The position numbers and the translations under genes are program-made. A DNA stretch of 31,507 nt, from positions 1 through 31,507 of IMG/VR virus record IMGVR_UViG_3300045421_000193; one strand, given 5' to 3'. The notes below the pieces were generated by a model. It was not told the origin of the DNA. It saw nothing but the letters and a program-made list of their open reading frames with translations, and searched no databases. The stretch comes from a virus (Duplodnaviria > Caudoviricetes). Of the stretch, positions 8,879 to 19,052 are shown in pieces; the first letter of the stretch is position 1; every line of letters starts with the position of its first letter.

Positions 8879-11800
8879 ATGAGTATAAATTTCAATGTCA
8901 CTCCATATTTTGATGACTTTAATGAGTCTAAACAATTCCTTCGTGTATTGTTTCGTCCAGGATATGCTGTTCAAGCACGTGAATTAACTCAACTTCAAAC
9001 AATCCTTCAAAATCAAATTAGTCGTTTTGGAAACCATGTCTTTAAAAACGGATCAATGGTTGTTCCAGGAGAAGTCAATTTTGATAATCAAGTACACTTT
9101 GCAAAATTAGAAGATCTATTTGGTAATACGAATATCACATCTTATCTAACTCAATTCAGAGATAAAATAATCATAGGTCAAACATCAGGGGTTAAAGCTG
9201 TTGTAATCGATACATCTGAGTGTGGATGTATGGTTCCAGGAGATAGCGATGTTGCTACTCTTTACTTTAAAATGACTGATACTGCTTCTGATGGAGAAAC
9301 TAAAAGATTTATTCCAGGAGAAATAATTACTGCAACTTCAGCTGATAACACAACTGCAAATAATTATCGATTAACTGCTAATCAAGTTTCTGATATTTCA
9401 GTGACTATTAAAACATTCGGTGATACAGGACAAGCTGCAACTGTTTATACAAATAGTCCAACAACTGATGTATTAGGATATGGAACAGTTGTTGAAGTAA
9501 AAGAAGGAATATATTACATTGATGGATATTTTGTAAAAAATCCTGAATTACATTTATATGTTGGAAGATTTACAAATACAGTCACTGCTCGTGTAGGATT
9601 TGAAGTTATAGAAGAAGTAATTACACCAGAACAAGATGCATCATTAAATGATAATGCACAAGGTTCAAATAACTTTGCTGCTCCAGGAGCACATAGATAT
9701 AAAGTTTCAGTTGGATTAAAAAGACTCGCTTTAAACACTACAGATACAATTAAGTTTATAGAATTATTACGTTTAAAAGATGGTCAATTATTACATAAAG
9801 TTGACAAAACTTCTTATGCTGAATTAGAAAAAACTTTTGCTCGAAGAACATTTGATGAATCTGGTTCTTATGAAGTAAATAAATTTAATCTTACATCAAG
9901 AGAACATTTAAACACTGGTACCAATGGTGGTGTGTTTCCTGTTGCTCCAGCAACTCCAGTTGTAGGGATTACATACGGAAGTGCTGATAAAGTAGCAATT
10001 GCTGTTGATCCAGGAAAAGCATATATTGAAGGATATGAAGTTGAATCAATCTCAACAAGATTTTTAAGTATAAACAGAGCAAGACCAATTAATAATGTTG
10101 AAAATGGTCACATATCAAGATTAGATGACCAACCTATCGGAACAACTGTAGGAAATCACATATTAGTAAATTCAGTACAAGGACTTCCACCAATAAGCAC
10201 ATTTGGGCTAATATATTTTTGGGCTGGTATTGATAATCATATAGGTGGTGTCACAATCGGAACAACAACTAATATAAACAAAACTGGTTTAATCGGAACT
10301 GCTAGAATTAAATCATTTCAATTACACTCATCTTCTTATTCTTCTCCTACTTTTAAACTTGGTCTATTTGATATTAAATTAGAATCAGGATATAATTTTG
10401 AAAGAGATGTAAAATGGATAACAGATGTTGGTTCAATTAATCCAATTGGGTTTTTCGCACAAGTAGATCAAACAACAGCTTCAGTATCTTTAATTGGTAC
10501 TATTTCAGGAACTAGTGGTGGAAATACATTAGCAGGTGTTGGTACAAGATTTCAAGATGAATTTAAAATCGGAGATGCTGTAATTCTTACTACATCAAAT
10601 ACATTTGTTGGACACATAGATGCTATTGGTTCACCAACTTCAATAACACTTGATAGAAACCTTTCTGCTACTTTTACTGGAGTGGTTTATTCTCGTGGAG
10701 CATCACCAATTTATAATCCTGAATTTCAAGCATTAGTATTTAATACAGGAATAGAAAATACAAAAACTTTACGTGGTTTAGATGCTGCAACACTTCAAGA
10801 TACTGTACTCTCTTCTACTCAAACTGTAAGACGTACAATAACTGCAACATCAACTATTGGTGGTGACTTTATTCACACACTAACAGAAGCAACAGAATTT
10901 TTCCTAACTGATACAGACTTATCGAATTATACATTATTTGATAATGTAGCAAAAACAATTGTAAATTTAACTCCTGCAGCAATTTCTTTTGATAGTGAAG
11001 CAAATCGAAAAACTATCACAATTACTGGATTAAGTGGATCAAGAAGTTTTACACTTTTAACAAGTATATTTCAAACTGGAATCAGTGCTAGAGAAAAAAT
11101 TAAAACAAAAACTTCATACACACAAACTATCACAACTGCATTAGCTGTCACAGGTAAATCTATTTTATTAGATCATGCTGATGTTTGTGAAATAGTTTCT
11201 GTGTTTATGACTCCAGGAAATTACAATGCATACAGTTCAGCTGGTGCAATTAATATAACTGATAGATTTACATTAGATTCAGGACAAAGATTATCTCATT
11301 ATCAAAAAGGTGCATTAGTATTAAAAGATGGTGTAGGAACACCAACTGGTGCTATACAAGTAGTTTATAGATATTTTGCTTACAGTGGAACAGGAAATTA
11401 TTTTAGTGTTGATAGTTATTCATCTACACCTTATGAAGACATACCACAATTTAAAACAACAAATCCAGATGGTACAACAACAACAATACCATTACACGAT
11501 GTAATTGATTATCGTCCAGTAATTTCTGGTTTAAATACATTCACACCAAATATACCAAAAATTGACACAGATTTTAACACAAGCATTGCAAACTACTTAC
11601 CACGTTGGGATAAAATAATTTTAGACAGTGTTGGTAATTTTTCTATTCTTACAGGAGTGCCAGCATTTGAACCAAAACAACCAGAAGATCCAAAAGAAGG
11701 ATTAATTTTAGGGACAATCTTTTTACCAGCTTATACTAAAAGAGCTTCAGATGTACAAATATTTAAACGTGATAATCGCAGATATACAATGCGTGATATC

Positions 11801-14800
11801 GGATTCCTTGAAAAACGACTTTCAAATTTAGAATATTATACAAGTTTAAATTTATTAGAAAAAGAAACATCAACATTTAGTATTAAATCAGCTACTAGTG
11901 GTTTAGATAGATTTAAAAATGGATTCTTAGTAGATCAATTTACAGGTCATGGTGTAGGAAATGTTCAACATCCTGATTATCGTATAGCAGTAGATAATGC
12001 AAGAAGAGAATTAAGACCAATGCACTTCACTGATGCTTTAGATATTATTGAGAATTTAGATTCTGGTCCGCAAAGAGCAAGTAGAGATTATCAAAGAACA
12101 AATGATTTAATTACATTACCATATACTGAATCATCATTTATATTTAATCCAAATGCATCAAGAACTATTGATGTTAATCCTTATAAAATTGGTGCGTTTA
12201 AAGGTGAAATAGAATTAACACCTGAAGGAGATTTTTGGAAAGAAACTGATAGAAGACCAGATTTAAATGTTAATGACGACAATGGTTATGACGCAATAAG
12301 ATTTTTAGGCGAAAGACTTGGTGTCACGGGAACTCAATGGAATGAATGGTCTTATAACTGGACTGGTTCAACAGATCAAGTAAGAAGATATGAAACTTGG
12401 AATGCTGGATTTGAAGAAACAATTACAACTCAAACAGGTACTCAATCAAGACAGGGTATTGAAACATCATTATCAGGAAGTACAAATCAAATAAATTATG
12501 GTGATCGTGTAGTAGATATTTCTTACATACCTTTTATTCGTCCAAGAACAGTATCAATTGTTGCTAGAAATTTAAAACCAGATACTAAGTTTTATGCATT
12601 CTTTGATGGAACAAGAGTAGACTCTTCTTATGTTAAACCAGCAGATGTATTTCGTTTAACAAAAGTTGCTGGTGCTGCTGATTTAAATTTCAATGTACAA
12701 CAAACTATTCAAACAGTTCTTTCTGATGATTTAGCAAGAACAGATTCACAAGGTGTATTTCAACCAGCATTTTATTTTGGTGATATATTAAAAAATTCAG
12801 AGCATACACCAGTGGTAGTGCAAACAGTTAATAATATAACTAATGCACTTGGCGAAACATCATTCACATTAACAGTATCAACTGCAACAGGAATAAGTCC
12901 AGGACATCATGTTCATTTATATAATTTTAATGCAGTAAGAGCAAACCCTGAAGTTGTTTCAACTGTAATTGAAAATAACTTTACTTCAACTATTACTACT
13001 TTTGGAAATAATCACTCAAAACAATTAAATTTAAGAATATTTAAAGTTATAGCAGTTGCTGGAACTACATTAACATTAGGAAATATCGATGGTTCATTAA
13101 TTGAACCATTTGATTCATACACAACTGCAGTATATCCTGCAGGAGATGGTGCTAGATTACAAAGATTACAAGCAAGTGCTATTGCTAATTTTGAGGGTCC
13201 ACAAACATCAGCAACTATTCGTAATATTTCAATGATTAATATTAAGAATGGATTTGCTATTGGTGATATATTAACTGGAGAAGTTGATATAGGATTTGGT
13301 GCTAAAAATCGTGTGACTATAACTGCAATTAATGATGGAACTGATGCATCAATTGCTCCTACTATGAAATCAATAGGAGATTCTATTCGCACTGATTCTG
13401 ATGGATCAGTTTGTTGTGTATTTAATATACCAGAAAACACATTTAGAACAGGAGAAAGAGCATTTAAATTAATCGATAATATTTCAAATAATGATGCTGA
13501 TTTTGATTCGAAAGGATCTTCTTCTTATATTGCATCTGGTACAACTTTAAGTAAAGAAAGAACTATTGTAAACTCAAGAGATGTAAGATATGTACAAGAT
13601 AGAGTATATGAAGAAATTCCAGCAAGACGTACAACTACAACAACTAGACTTCTTTATACAATTCGTCGTGGTCACGATCCTGTAGCACAAACATTTGTTG
13701 TTTCATCAAAAGGTGGTGCTTTCGTTTCTTCAGTAGATTTATATTTTGAAGAAGCAGGAGCAAGACCTATTATTGTTGAATTAAGAGTGACTAATAATGG
13801 TGTTCCATCTTCTCGTGCAGTGCCATTTACAACTATCACTAAATCTCCTTCAGAAATTAATGTATCCTCAAATGGATCAGCTGCAACAAACTTTAAATTT
13901 TTAGCACCTGTTTATTTACAAGATAATGAAACATATGCTATCGTAGTAAGAACTGACGAACCAGGAGCGAAAATATTCATTTCTGAATTAGGAGAATCTG
14001 ATCTAATTACTACAAATATTATTACACAACAACCATTAACTGGATCTTTATATCTATCACAAAATTCACAAGAATATAAAATTAATCCTTTATTAGATAT
14101 GAAATTTAAATTATACTCTTGTATATTTGATACAAGTGTTGTTGCTGATGTTGAATTAAAAGCAAACCCACCACTTACATACACATTAGATGAAAATCCT
14201 TTTGAATTTACACCAAACACACCACATGTAAGAGTAAAAGCAAGAAATCATGGATTTACTTTTAATGATGTTGTAATTATATCAAATGTTTCTCCAGGAA
14301 TTTATGGTGCTGTTTCTCCAAATGGTGCACCACATACATTGTTAAATGGATCTCATTTAGTATTAGCTGAAGGATTAACTAAAGATTCTTTCATGATACA
14401 ATTACAAACTACAGACGCAAATGGCGTAAATTTATTAACAGGATCAACTGCTAACTTTGTAAAATCAAGTGTTGGTGGAACAAATGTTTTATGTTCTCGT
14501 CAATTAAATTTAGATGCAATTTATTTAAAAACTAATGATTTAATCTTTACAGATACAAGTATAAACTATTTTGTTTCTGCTTCAGATGCTGCAGGCACAC
14601 CTACCGACTTTTTACCAATTGTTGCGAATGAAAATTTCTATTTTACAAGTAGAAAAGTAATTAAATCTTATGAAAATCAAGTATTACTTTCAACTTCGCC
14701 TTTATTAAAAAGACCAAGTTTAAAAATACGTGCTCAATTAAGATCAAATAATCCAAACATATCACCAGTAATTGATTTACAAAAAACAACAGTTTTTGCT

Positions 14801-16078
14801 ATTTCAAATTCAGTAGACAATAAGACTGGAACTAATTTAAATGTTTTAGGTGTTGATAATCGAAATATATTAATTAATAATACAATTGTAGATTCAGATA
14901 CTTTTATTACAGGAACTGGAACAATTACTACAAGCACTGCTTCAACTACAGTAAGTGGTACAGGTACATCATTTACAATTGAAGCAAGAGTTGGGGATAC
15001 TATTCGTGTTGGTAATACTGCGATTGGTGTAATTGCTTCAATTACAAATGCAACTACGATTGTATTAACTGCTAATGCATTAGCAACTAATGCTACTGCT
15101 GTTGCTTATAAAATAGTTGCAAGAGCAGTAGTTGAATTATCTCATAATGCTTCAGGAAAAGGACAATTAATTACATGGATTGATGCTGCTGATAATTTAT
15201 TAGCAAATACACAAATAGGAGCAGAATTGTTATTAACAGGAATTTATGCAAATAAATTAGATGGAACTTATGAAATAGAAAATGTAGTTGAAGAATTTAG
15301 TTTAGATAGATTTGCAGGTTCAGCTGATGGAAATAAAGTGACAATTACTTTAGATAGACCATTTGTAGATATTCCTACATCAAATACTATGTTCCTTGAT
15401 GTAGTAAATGACTTTTTAGAATTTAATCTAAATGGTGTTCAAACTTCCGCTACAAACAGTATTACAATCACTTCGACAGCTGATAATACTTCTCGAATTT
15501 CAGTAGGTGATATTATTGTATCATCAACACTTTTTGATGTAGTTACACCTGATGGTGGAGCAGCACAAAGATTAGAGAAAAAAGTAGTTGGAACAGTTAC
15601 TGCTGTGTCTTCTGGTACAATCACACTTGCTGCCAATGCTACAGTTGCAATTACTGGTACAGTTATGGCTGTAAGAAAACCATTAGCTTCATATAAAATA
15701 CAACAGTTTGATGCTTTTATAAATGATTATGCTCCTAGAGGTTCTACAAACTTAGCAAACTATATAACTCGAACGTTAGCATTAGCAAATCCAGCAAATA
15801 ATATTAAAGTAATATTTGATGCGAATATACCAAATAATACAGATTTAACACTTTATTATCGTGCTTGGAGTGATGAAGTTAATTTAAATACATTAAAATT
15901 TAATTTAATAACTTTACCTATCACATCAAAAGATTCATTAGATGTGTTTAGAGAAAGAATCGCAACGTTAGAAAATATAGCTGCATTTAAAAATTTACAG
16001 ATTAAATTGGTATTTAAATCAACAAATCCAGTTTATGTGCCAAAGGTTAAGGATTTAAGAGTAATAGCTTATAGTTAA
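8879..16078 (+). CDS. Very large virion structural protein, VrlC-like / DUF4815 family
   Basis: N-terminal PYFDDF...RVLFRPG.AVQARELTQLQ.ILQNQ, plus APGAHRYK, RRYTMRDIG.LEKR..NLEYYTSL.LLE, RFKNGF.VD.F and DPVAQTF motifs, ending P.VKDLR.IA. This family follows gp8 in cyanophage-type T4-like genomes. Confidence 0.85.
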   Translation: MSINFNVTPYFDDFNESKQFLRVLFRPGYAVQARELTQLQTILQNQISRFGNHVFKNGSMVVPGEVNFDNQVHFAKLEDLFGNTNITSYLTQFRDKIIIGQTSGVKAVVIDTSECGCMVPGDSDVATLYFKMTDTASDGETKRFIPGEIITATSADNTTANNYRLTANQVSDISVTIKTFGDTGQAATVYTNSPTTDVLGYGTVVEVKEGIYYIDGYFVKNPELHLYVGRFTNTVTARVGFEVIEEVITPEQDASLNDNAQGSNNFAAPGAHRYKVSVGLKRLALNTTDTIKFIELLRLKDGQLLHKVDKTSYAELEKTFARRTFDESGSYEVNKFNLTSREHLNTGTNGGVFPVAPATPVVGITYGSADKVAIAVDPGKAYIEGYEVESISTRFLSINRARPINNVENGHISRLDDQPIGTTVGNHILVNSVQGLPPISTFGLIYFWAGIDNHIGGVTIGTTTNINKTGLIGTARIKSFQLHSSSYSSPTFKLGLFDIKLESGYNFERDVKWITDVGSINPIGFFAQVDQTTASVSLIGTISGTSGGNTLAGVGTRFQDEFKIGDAVILTTSNTFVGHIDAIGSPTSITLDRNLSATFTGVVYSRGASPIYNPEFQALVFNTGIENTKTLRGLDAATLQDTVLSSTQTVRRTITATSTIGGDFIHTLTEATEFFLTDTDLSNYTLFDNVAKTIVNLTPAAISFDSEANRKTITITGLSGSRSFTLLTSIFQTGISAREKIKTKTSYTQTITTALAVTGKSILLDHADVCEIVSVFMTPGNYNAYSSAGAINITDRFTLDSGQRLSHYQKGALVLKDGVGTPTGAIQVVYRYFAYSGTGNYFSVDSYSSTPYEDIPQFKTTNPDGTTTTIPLHDVIDYRPVISGLNTFTPNIPKIDTDFNTSIANYLPRWDKIILDSVGNFSILTGVPAFEPKQPEDPKEGLILGTIFLPAYTKRASDVQIFKRDNRRYTMRDIGFLEKRLSNLEYYTSLNLLEKETSTFSIKSATSGLDRFKNGFLVDQFTGHGVGNVQHPDYRIAVDNARRELRPMHFTDALDIIENLDSGPQRASRDYQRTNDLITLPYTESSFIFNPNASRTIDVNPYKIGAFKGEIELTPEGDFWKETDRRPDLNVNDDNGYDAIRFLGERLGVTGTQWNEWSYNWTGSTDQVRRYETWNAGFEETITTQTGTQSRQGIETSLSGSTNQINYGDRVVDISYIPFIRPRTVSIVARNLKPDTKFYAFFDGTRVDSSYVKPADVFRLTKVAGAADLNFNVQQTIQTVLSDDLARTDSQGVFQPAFYFGDILKNSEHTPVVVQTVNNITNALGETSFTLTVSTATGISPGHHVHLYNFNAVRANPEVVSTVIENNFTSTITTFGNNHSKQLNLRIFKVIAVAGTTLTLGNIDGSLIEPFDSYTTAVYPAGDGARLQRLQASAIANFEGPQTSATIRNISMINIKNGFAIGDILTGEVDIGFGAKNRVTITAINDGTDASIAPTMKSIGDSIRTDSDGSVCCVFNIPENTFRTGERAFKLIDNISNNDADFDSKGSSSYIASGTTLSKERTIVNSRDVRYVQDRVYEEIPARRTTTTTRLLYTIRRGHDPVAQTFVVSSKGGAFVSSVDLYFEEAGARPIIVELRVTNNGVPSSRAVPFTTITKSPSEINVSSNGSAATNFKFLAPVYLQDNETYAIVVRTDEPGAKIFISELGESDLITTNIITQQPLTGSLYLSQNSQEYKINPLLDMKFKLYSCIFDTSVVADVELKANPPLTYTLDENPFEFTPNTPHVRVKARNHGFTFNDVVIISNVSPGIYGAVSPNGAPHTLLNGSHLVLAEGLTKDSFMIQLQTTDANGVNLLTGSTANFVKSSVGGTNVLCSRQLNLDAIYLKTNDLIFTDTSINYFVSASDAAGTPTDFLPIVANENFYFTSRKVIKSYENQVLLSTSPLLKRPSLKIRAQLRSNNPNISPVIDLQKTTVFAISNSVDNKTGTNLNVLGVDNRNILINNTIVDSDTFITGTGTITTSTASTTVSGTGTSFTIEARVGDTIRVGNTAIGVIASITNATTIVLTANALATNATAVAYKIVARAVVELSHNASGKGQLITWIDAADNLLANTQIGAELLLTGIYANKLDGTYEIENVVEEFSLDRFAGSADGNKVTITLDRPFVDIPTSNTMFLDVVNDFLEFNLNGVQTSATNSITITSTADNTSRISVGDIIVSSTLFDVVTPDGGAAQRLEKKVVGTVTAVSSGTITLAANATVAITGTVMAVRKPLASYKIQQFDAFINDYAPRGSTNLANYITRTLALANPANNIKVIFDANIPNNTDLTLYYRAWSDEVNLNTLKFNLITLPITSKDSLDVFRERIATLENIAAFKNLQIKLVFKSTNPVYVPKVKDLRVIAYS

Positions 16079-16082
16079 ATAT

Positions 16083-16298
16083 ATGAAATTTGTTAAAGTG
16101 AAAGATAGTCCTAGTTTAAAAAGAGATATTCATTCACAAGCAATAATTAACACATCTAATTCTGAATACGAAGAATATAAGAAAATACAAGAAAACGCAA
16201 GTCTTCGTTCAAGAATAATAGAAAATGAAATAAATAGTCTTAAAAATGATATATCAGAAATTAAGAGTATTTTAAAACAAATAGTACAAGGAAAATAA
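16083..16298 (+). CDS. Small conserved-type hypothetical protein with C-terminal coiled coil
   Basis: KV.D..SL.RD..S.AIINT..EY and the heptad INSLKNDISEIKSIL; a type I recall following the VrlC-like gene. Packed tightly between neighbours. Confidence 0.75.
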   Translation: MKFVKVKDSPSLKRDIHSQAIINTSNSEYEEYKKIQENASLRSRIIENEINSLKNDISEIKSILKQIVQGK

Positions 16299-16301
16299 AC
16301 A

Positions 16302-16511
16302 ATGGCAAAACAACCAATCGTAGCTACTGTATCTCAAGCAAATACGTTTGATCAGTGGCGTATTCAGACAAATGAAGTAATTGTTAAAACTAATAATCAA
16401 GAAGATCTCATTGGTGACTTAGCATTGCTTCAAAATGCTCAATCAGATTTAGTTTCAGGTATAAACGAAGCACGTGGATTTTCTTTGGCTATAACAATCG
16501 CATTAGGATAA
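16302..16511 (+). CDS. Short fibre-anchor/adapter protein (TFDQWR..TN helix, C-terminal IALG motif)
   Basis: 69 aa with AAGGA SD. The N-terminal NTFDQWRIQTN resembles fibre-attachment helices, and the protein ends SLAITIALG. Confidence 0.7.
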   Translation: MAKQPIVATVSQANTFDQWRIQTNEVIVKTNNQEDLIGDLALLQNAQSDLVSGINEARGFSLAITIALG

Positions 16512-16515
16512 TAAC

Positions 16516-16839
16516 ATGGCAAATGTATTTACAAATGGTTTAGTGAGAGATGTAGGAACTTCGCCTATTACCATATACACTGTACCTGCAAATAAAAAAA
16601 GCATTATAATAGAATTAGATGTATGTAATAAAATAAATGCAGCTATTCAAGTTGATGCTTTTATAACTTCAGCAGGTCAAGATTTTTTTCTTGTTAAGAA
16701 TGCACCAATCCCAGTAGGTGGAACTTTACAGGTTATATCAGGACAAAAAATAGTATTAAAATCAAATGAAGTTTTGAAAGTAGTTTCAAATGCAGTTACA
16801 TCAGTTGATGCTGTAGCGAGTATTCTAGAAGACGTATAA
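16516..16839 (+). CDS. Small beta-sandwich virion/adapter protein (MANxF type)
   Basis: 107 aa with IYTVP....III.L.VCN, LVKNAPIPVGG.L....GQKIVL...E.L.V and terminal SILE, a recurrent family in aquatic phage fibre clusters. Confidence 0.75.
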   Translation: MANVFTNGLVRDVGTSPITIYTVPANKKSIIIELDVCNKINAAIQVDAFITSAGQDFFLVKNAPIPVGGTLQVISGQKIVLKSNEVLKVVSNAVTSVDAVASILEDV

Positions 16840-16867
16840 TAAACTAAAAATTAAGAAAAAATAAAAA

Positions 16868-18784
16868 ATGGCTTATATTGGTTCATCAACAGTATCACCT
16901 CTTTCAACTCAAATTCGTCCAAGAGATGAATTTGTTGGAAATGGTACGCAAAGAGAATATATAATCTCTCAGGAAGTTCCTGGAGGTTTTGAAAGCAATG
17001 TTCTTGCTTTTGTTGATAATGTTCCACAAGAAGCAGTAAGTGCTTATTTAATTAAAGATATTGAAAGATTAACGATTATAAACTCATCTACTAATCTTAT
17101 TAAAAATGTTATAATCGCAAAACCATCTTCAAGTCCATTTACAGGAGTATTAGATTATTCATTTAATACAAACCTTATTAATTCAGTTAATGCATTATTA
17201 AATGGAACTGGTTTATTTTCTGCAAGAGCTAATAATATATTTAGATTGGAGCAACGTTTAGTTTCAAACAATAATTTAGTTGCTTCTATTACTTTAAATA
17301 AAACAGATTCGCTTACTCAACCATCTGAATTTGTTGGTACAAATGTATCTGGTAATTATTTAAATAATCAATTAACTGAATACGTAATAATTTTTGACGT
17401 TACTGCGAATAATTTTTTAGCTATTAATCCAAATGGATTAACTGCAAGAAATAACATTGGAGAAGTTGATGCGATTGATAAATATTTTACAGTATTTTCA
17501 CATACTCCAGAAACAGAATTACCAAAAATAGCAGATCGAATAACTCAAGCTGGTTCAAATGCTGTAGGAGTTGTTGTAAATGCTACATCAAGTTTTATAG
17601 ATGTAATTCGAACTTCCTCAGCTAGTTTTGTCACAGTGGGAAGTGGTGGACAAACTATTTCTTATGTAGAACCAAAATCAGTTAATTATTCTACTGACGT
17701 AATTACATATGAAAACATTATAGCTGGAACTTTTTCAATATCTGCGATTCAGACTTTAAAATTTAGAGCATTACAATTTACAGGATTTCCAAAATCAGGA
17801 CAAAAGATTATTATTAATCACATGGGTGGAAGTAATTATCAAATAAATCCTACAGCTGGAAGTGTCACAGATTTAGCTTTATCAGATAACTTAAAAACTT
17901 TCACAGTTGATAAATTTACAGCTACACAAAATCAACAAACATTTACATTATCAAAAACACCTGTAAGTGTTCAAAGTATTTTAGTGACGATAAATGGAGT
18001 AGTACAAACTGATACTACAGGTTACAATATACAAAATGGAAATCAATTAGTTACACAATCACCATTGAATGCTGGCGTAAATTTAAATGTGCTTCACTTA
18101 GGATTTAGTACAGTTTCAAGAAATTCATTTGTTGATGGTGCTATAACTGCATCTGCACTTCAAGATTTAACAATTACTGGAAGTAAAATAGCTAATTCGA
18201 CAATTACAAGTTCTAAACTTGCTGCGGGTACAGCGATTGCGAATATTGGATTTACACCACACAATCCGACATCAGGAAGTCTTCAATCATATACTGGTGC
18301 AGTTTCATTTAGTAGTGTAATTAATTCAAATGGTAATATAACATTTCCGGGAGCAGCAAATCCAAGTGTAGATGCGAATACACTTGATGAATATAAAGAA
18401 GGTGATTTTTCACCTACACTTGTTCCAGCAACAGTAGGTGCAACACCGATAGGGCTTTCAATTACAACAGGAAAATTTATTAAAATTGGAAGATTAGTTC
18501 ATATAAGTGTCCGTCTTGTTGTAAACACATTAGGAGTAGGTAATTCTGGAATTATTAAGATTGGTTCTTTACCATATACTATAAATAATACTGATAACGT
18601 AGTTAATGAATATTCAAATATTTTAACTACGAATATGACTGGTATGACTAATCCATACGTTATAACGATACCAAATACCTTAACATTACAAATTACTAGT
18701 AATGGATTAACGAATGCAACAGTAGCAAATTTAACAGCAACAAGTGAAATATTAGCTACTTTAACATATATTGCAAATGTTTAA
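16868..18784 (+). CDS. Putative tail fibre protein (MAYIG type)
   Basis: MAYIG start, two F.G.G...F.LS...LV.INGV.Q..Y modules, IT.SK(I/L)A repeats, and a C-terminal LDEYKEG.F.P...G.FIKIGRLV...LPY receptor-binding-like tip. Confidence 0.75.
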   Translation: MAYIGSSTVSPLSTQIRPRDEFVGNGTQREYIISQEVPGGFESNVLAFVDNVPQEAVSAYLIKDIERLTIINSSTNLIKNVIIAKPSSSPFTGVLDYSFNTNLINSVNALLNGTGLFSARANNIFRLEQRLVSNNNLVASITLNKTDSLTQPSEFVGTNVSGNYLNNQLTEYVIIFDVTANNFLAINPNGLTARNNIGEVDAIDKYFTVFSHTPETELPKIADRITQAGSNAVGVVVNATSSFIDVIRTSSASFVTVGSGGQTISYVEPKSVNYSTDVITYENIIAGTFSISAIQTLKFRALQFTGFPKSGQKIIINHMGGSNYQINPTAGSVTDLALSDNLKTFTVDKFTATQNQQTFTLSKTPVSVQSILVTINGVVQTDTTGYNIQNGNQLVTQSPLNAGVNLNVLHLGFSTVSRNSFVDGAITASALQDLTITGSKIANSTITSSKLAAGTAIANIGFTPHNPTSGSLQSYTGAVSFSSVINSNGNITFPGAANPSVDANTLDEYKEGDFSPTLVPATVGATPIGLSITTGKFIKIGRLVHISVRLVVNTLGVGNSGIIKIGSLPYTINNTDNVVNEYSNILTTNMTGMTNPYVITIPNTLTLQITSNGLTNATVANLTATSEILATLTYIANV

Positions 18785-18788
18785 AAAT

Positions 18789-18796
18789 ACTAAATA
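18789..18796 (+). promoter_or_regulatory. Putative T4-type late promoter (ACTAAATA)
   Basis: Intergenic, 10 nt before ATG 18807, identical to the octamer at 2514. Confidence 0.5.
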
Positions 18797-18806
18797 AGGG
18801 ATATAA

Positions 18807-19037
18807 ATGCCTATTAGCAAAATTCTTTCAAACTCTATACAAGACGACCTTAAACTAAAAGGTAAAGCAACAGGCTTAGTAGCAGATACTACTAATAATC
18901 GTTCGATTTTTCCAACAACTGGAGATGCGAGATTTAATACCACATTAGGTAAATACGAAGTGTATAATGGAAATAAATGGCAAACTGTTGAACCTAGTGA
19001 AATTTCAACAGCATTATCTATTGCTCTTGGAGGATAA
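18807..19037 (+). CDS. Short fibre adapter protein (RFNT..EVY...W module, C-terminal IALGG motif)
   Basis: 76 aa. GDARFNTTLGKYEVYNGNKW is similar to GTIRFNTDTSSFEGYSGSSW in the 26712 fibre, and the protein ends TALSIALGG. Confidence 0.72.
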   Translation: MPISKILSNSIQDDLKLKGKATGLVADTTNNRSIFPTTGDARFNTTLGKYEVYNGNKWQTVEPSEISTALSIALGG

Positions 19038-19052
19038 TACTCCTTTTATATT

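Noticed and set aside
8879-16078. Intein or homing endonuclease explaining the 2399-aa length; ECGC motif near 9220
   Set aside because: No intein splice-junction or LAGLIDADG/HNH motifs are seen, and structural modules account for the length. The lone CxC has no supporting partner motif.
19029-19047. GGAG-N7-CTCC hairpin followed by TTTT after the 76-aa gene
   Set aside because: A 4-bp stem is too weak to call a terminator.
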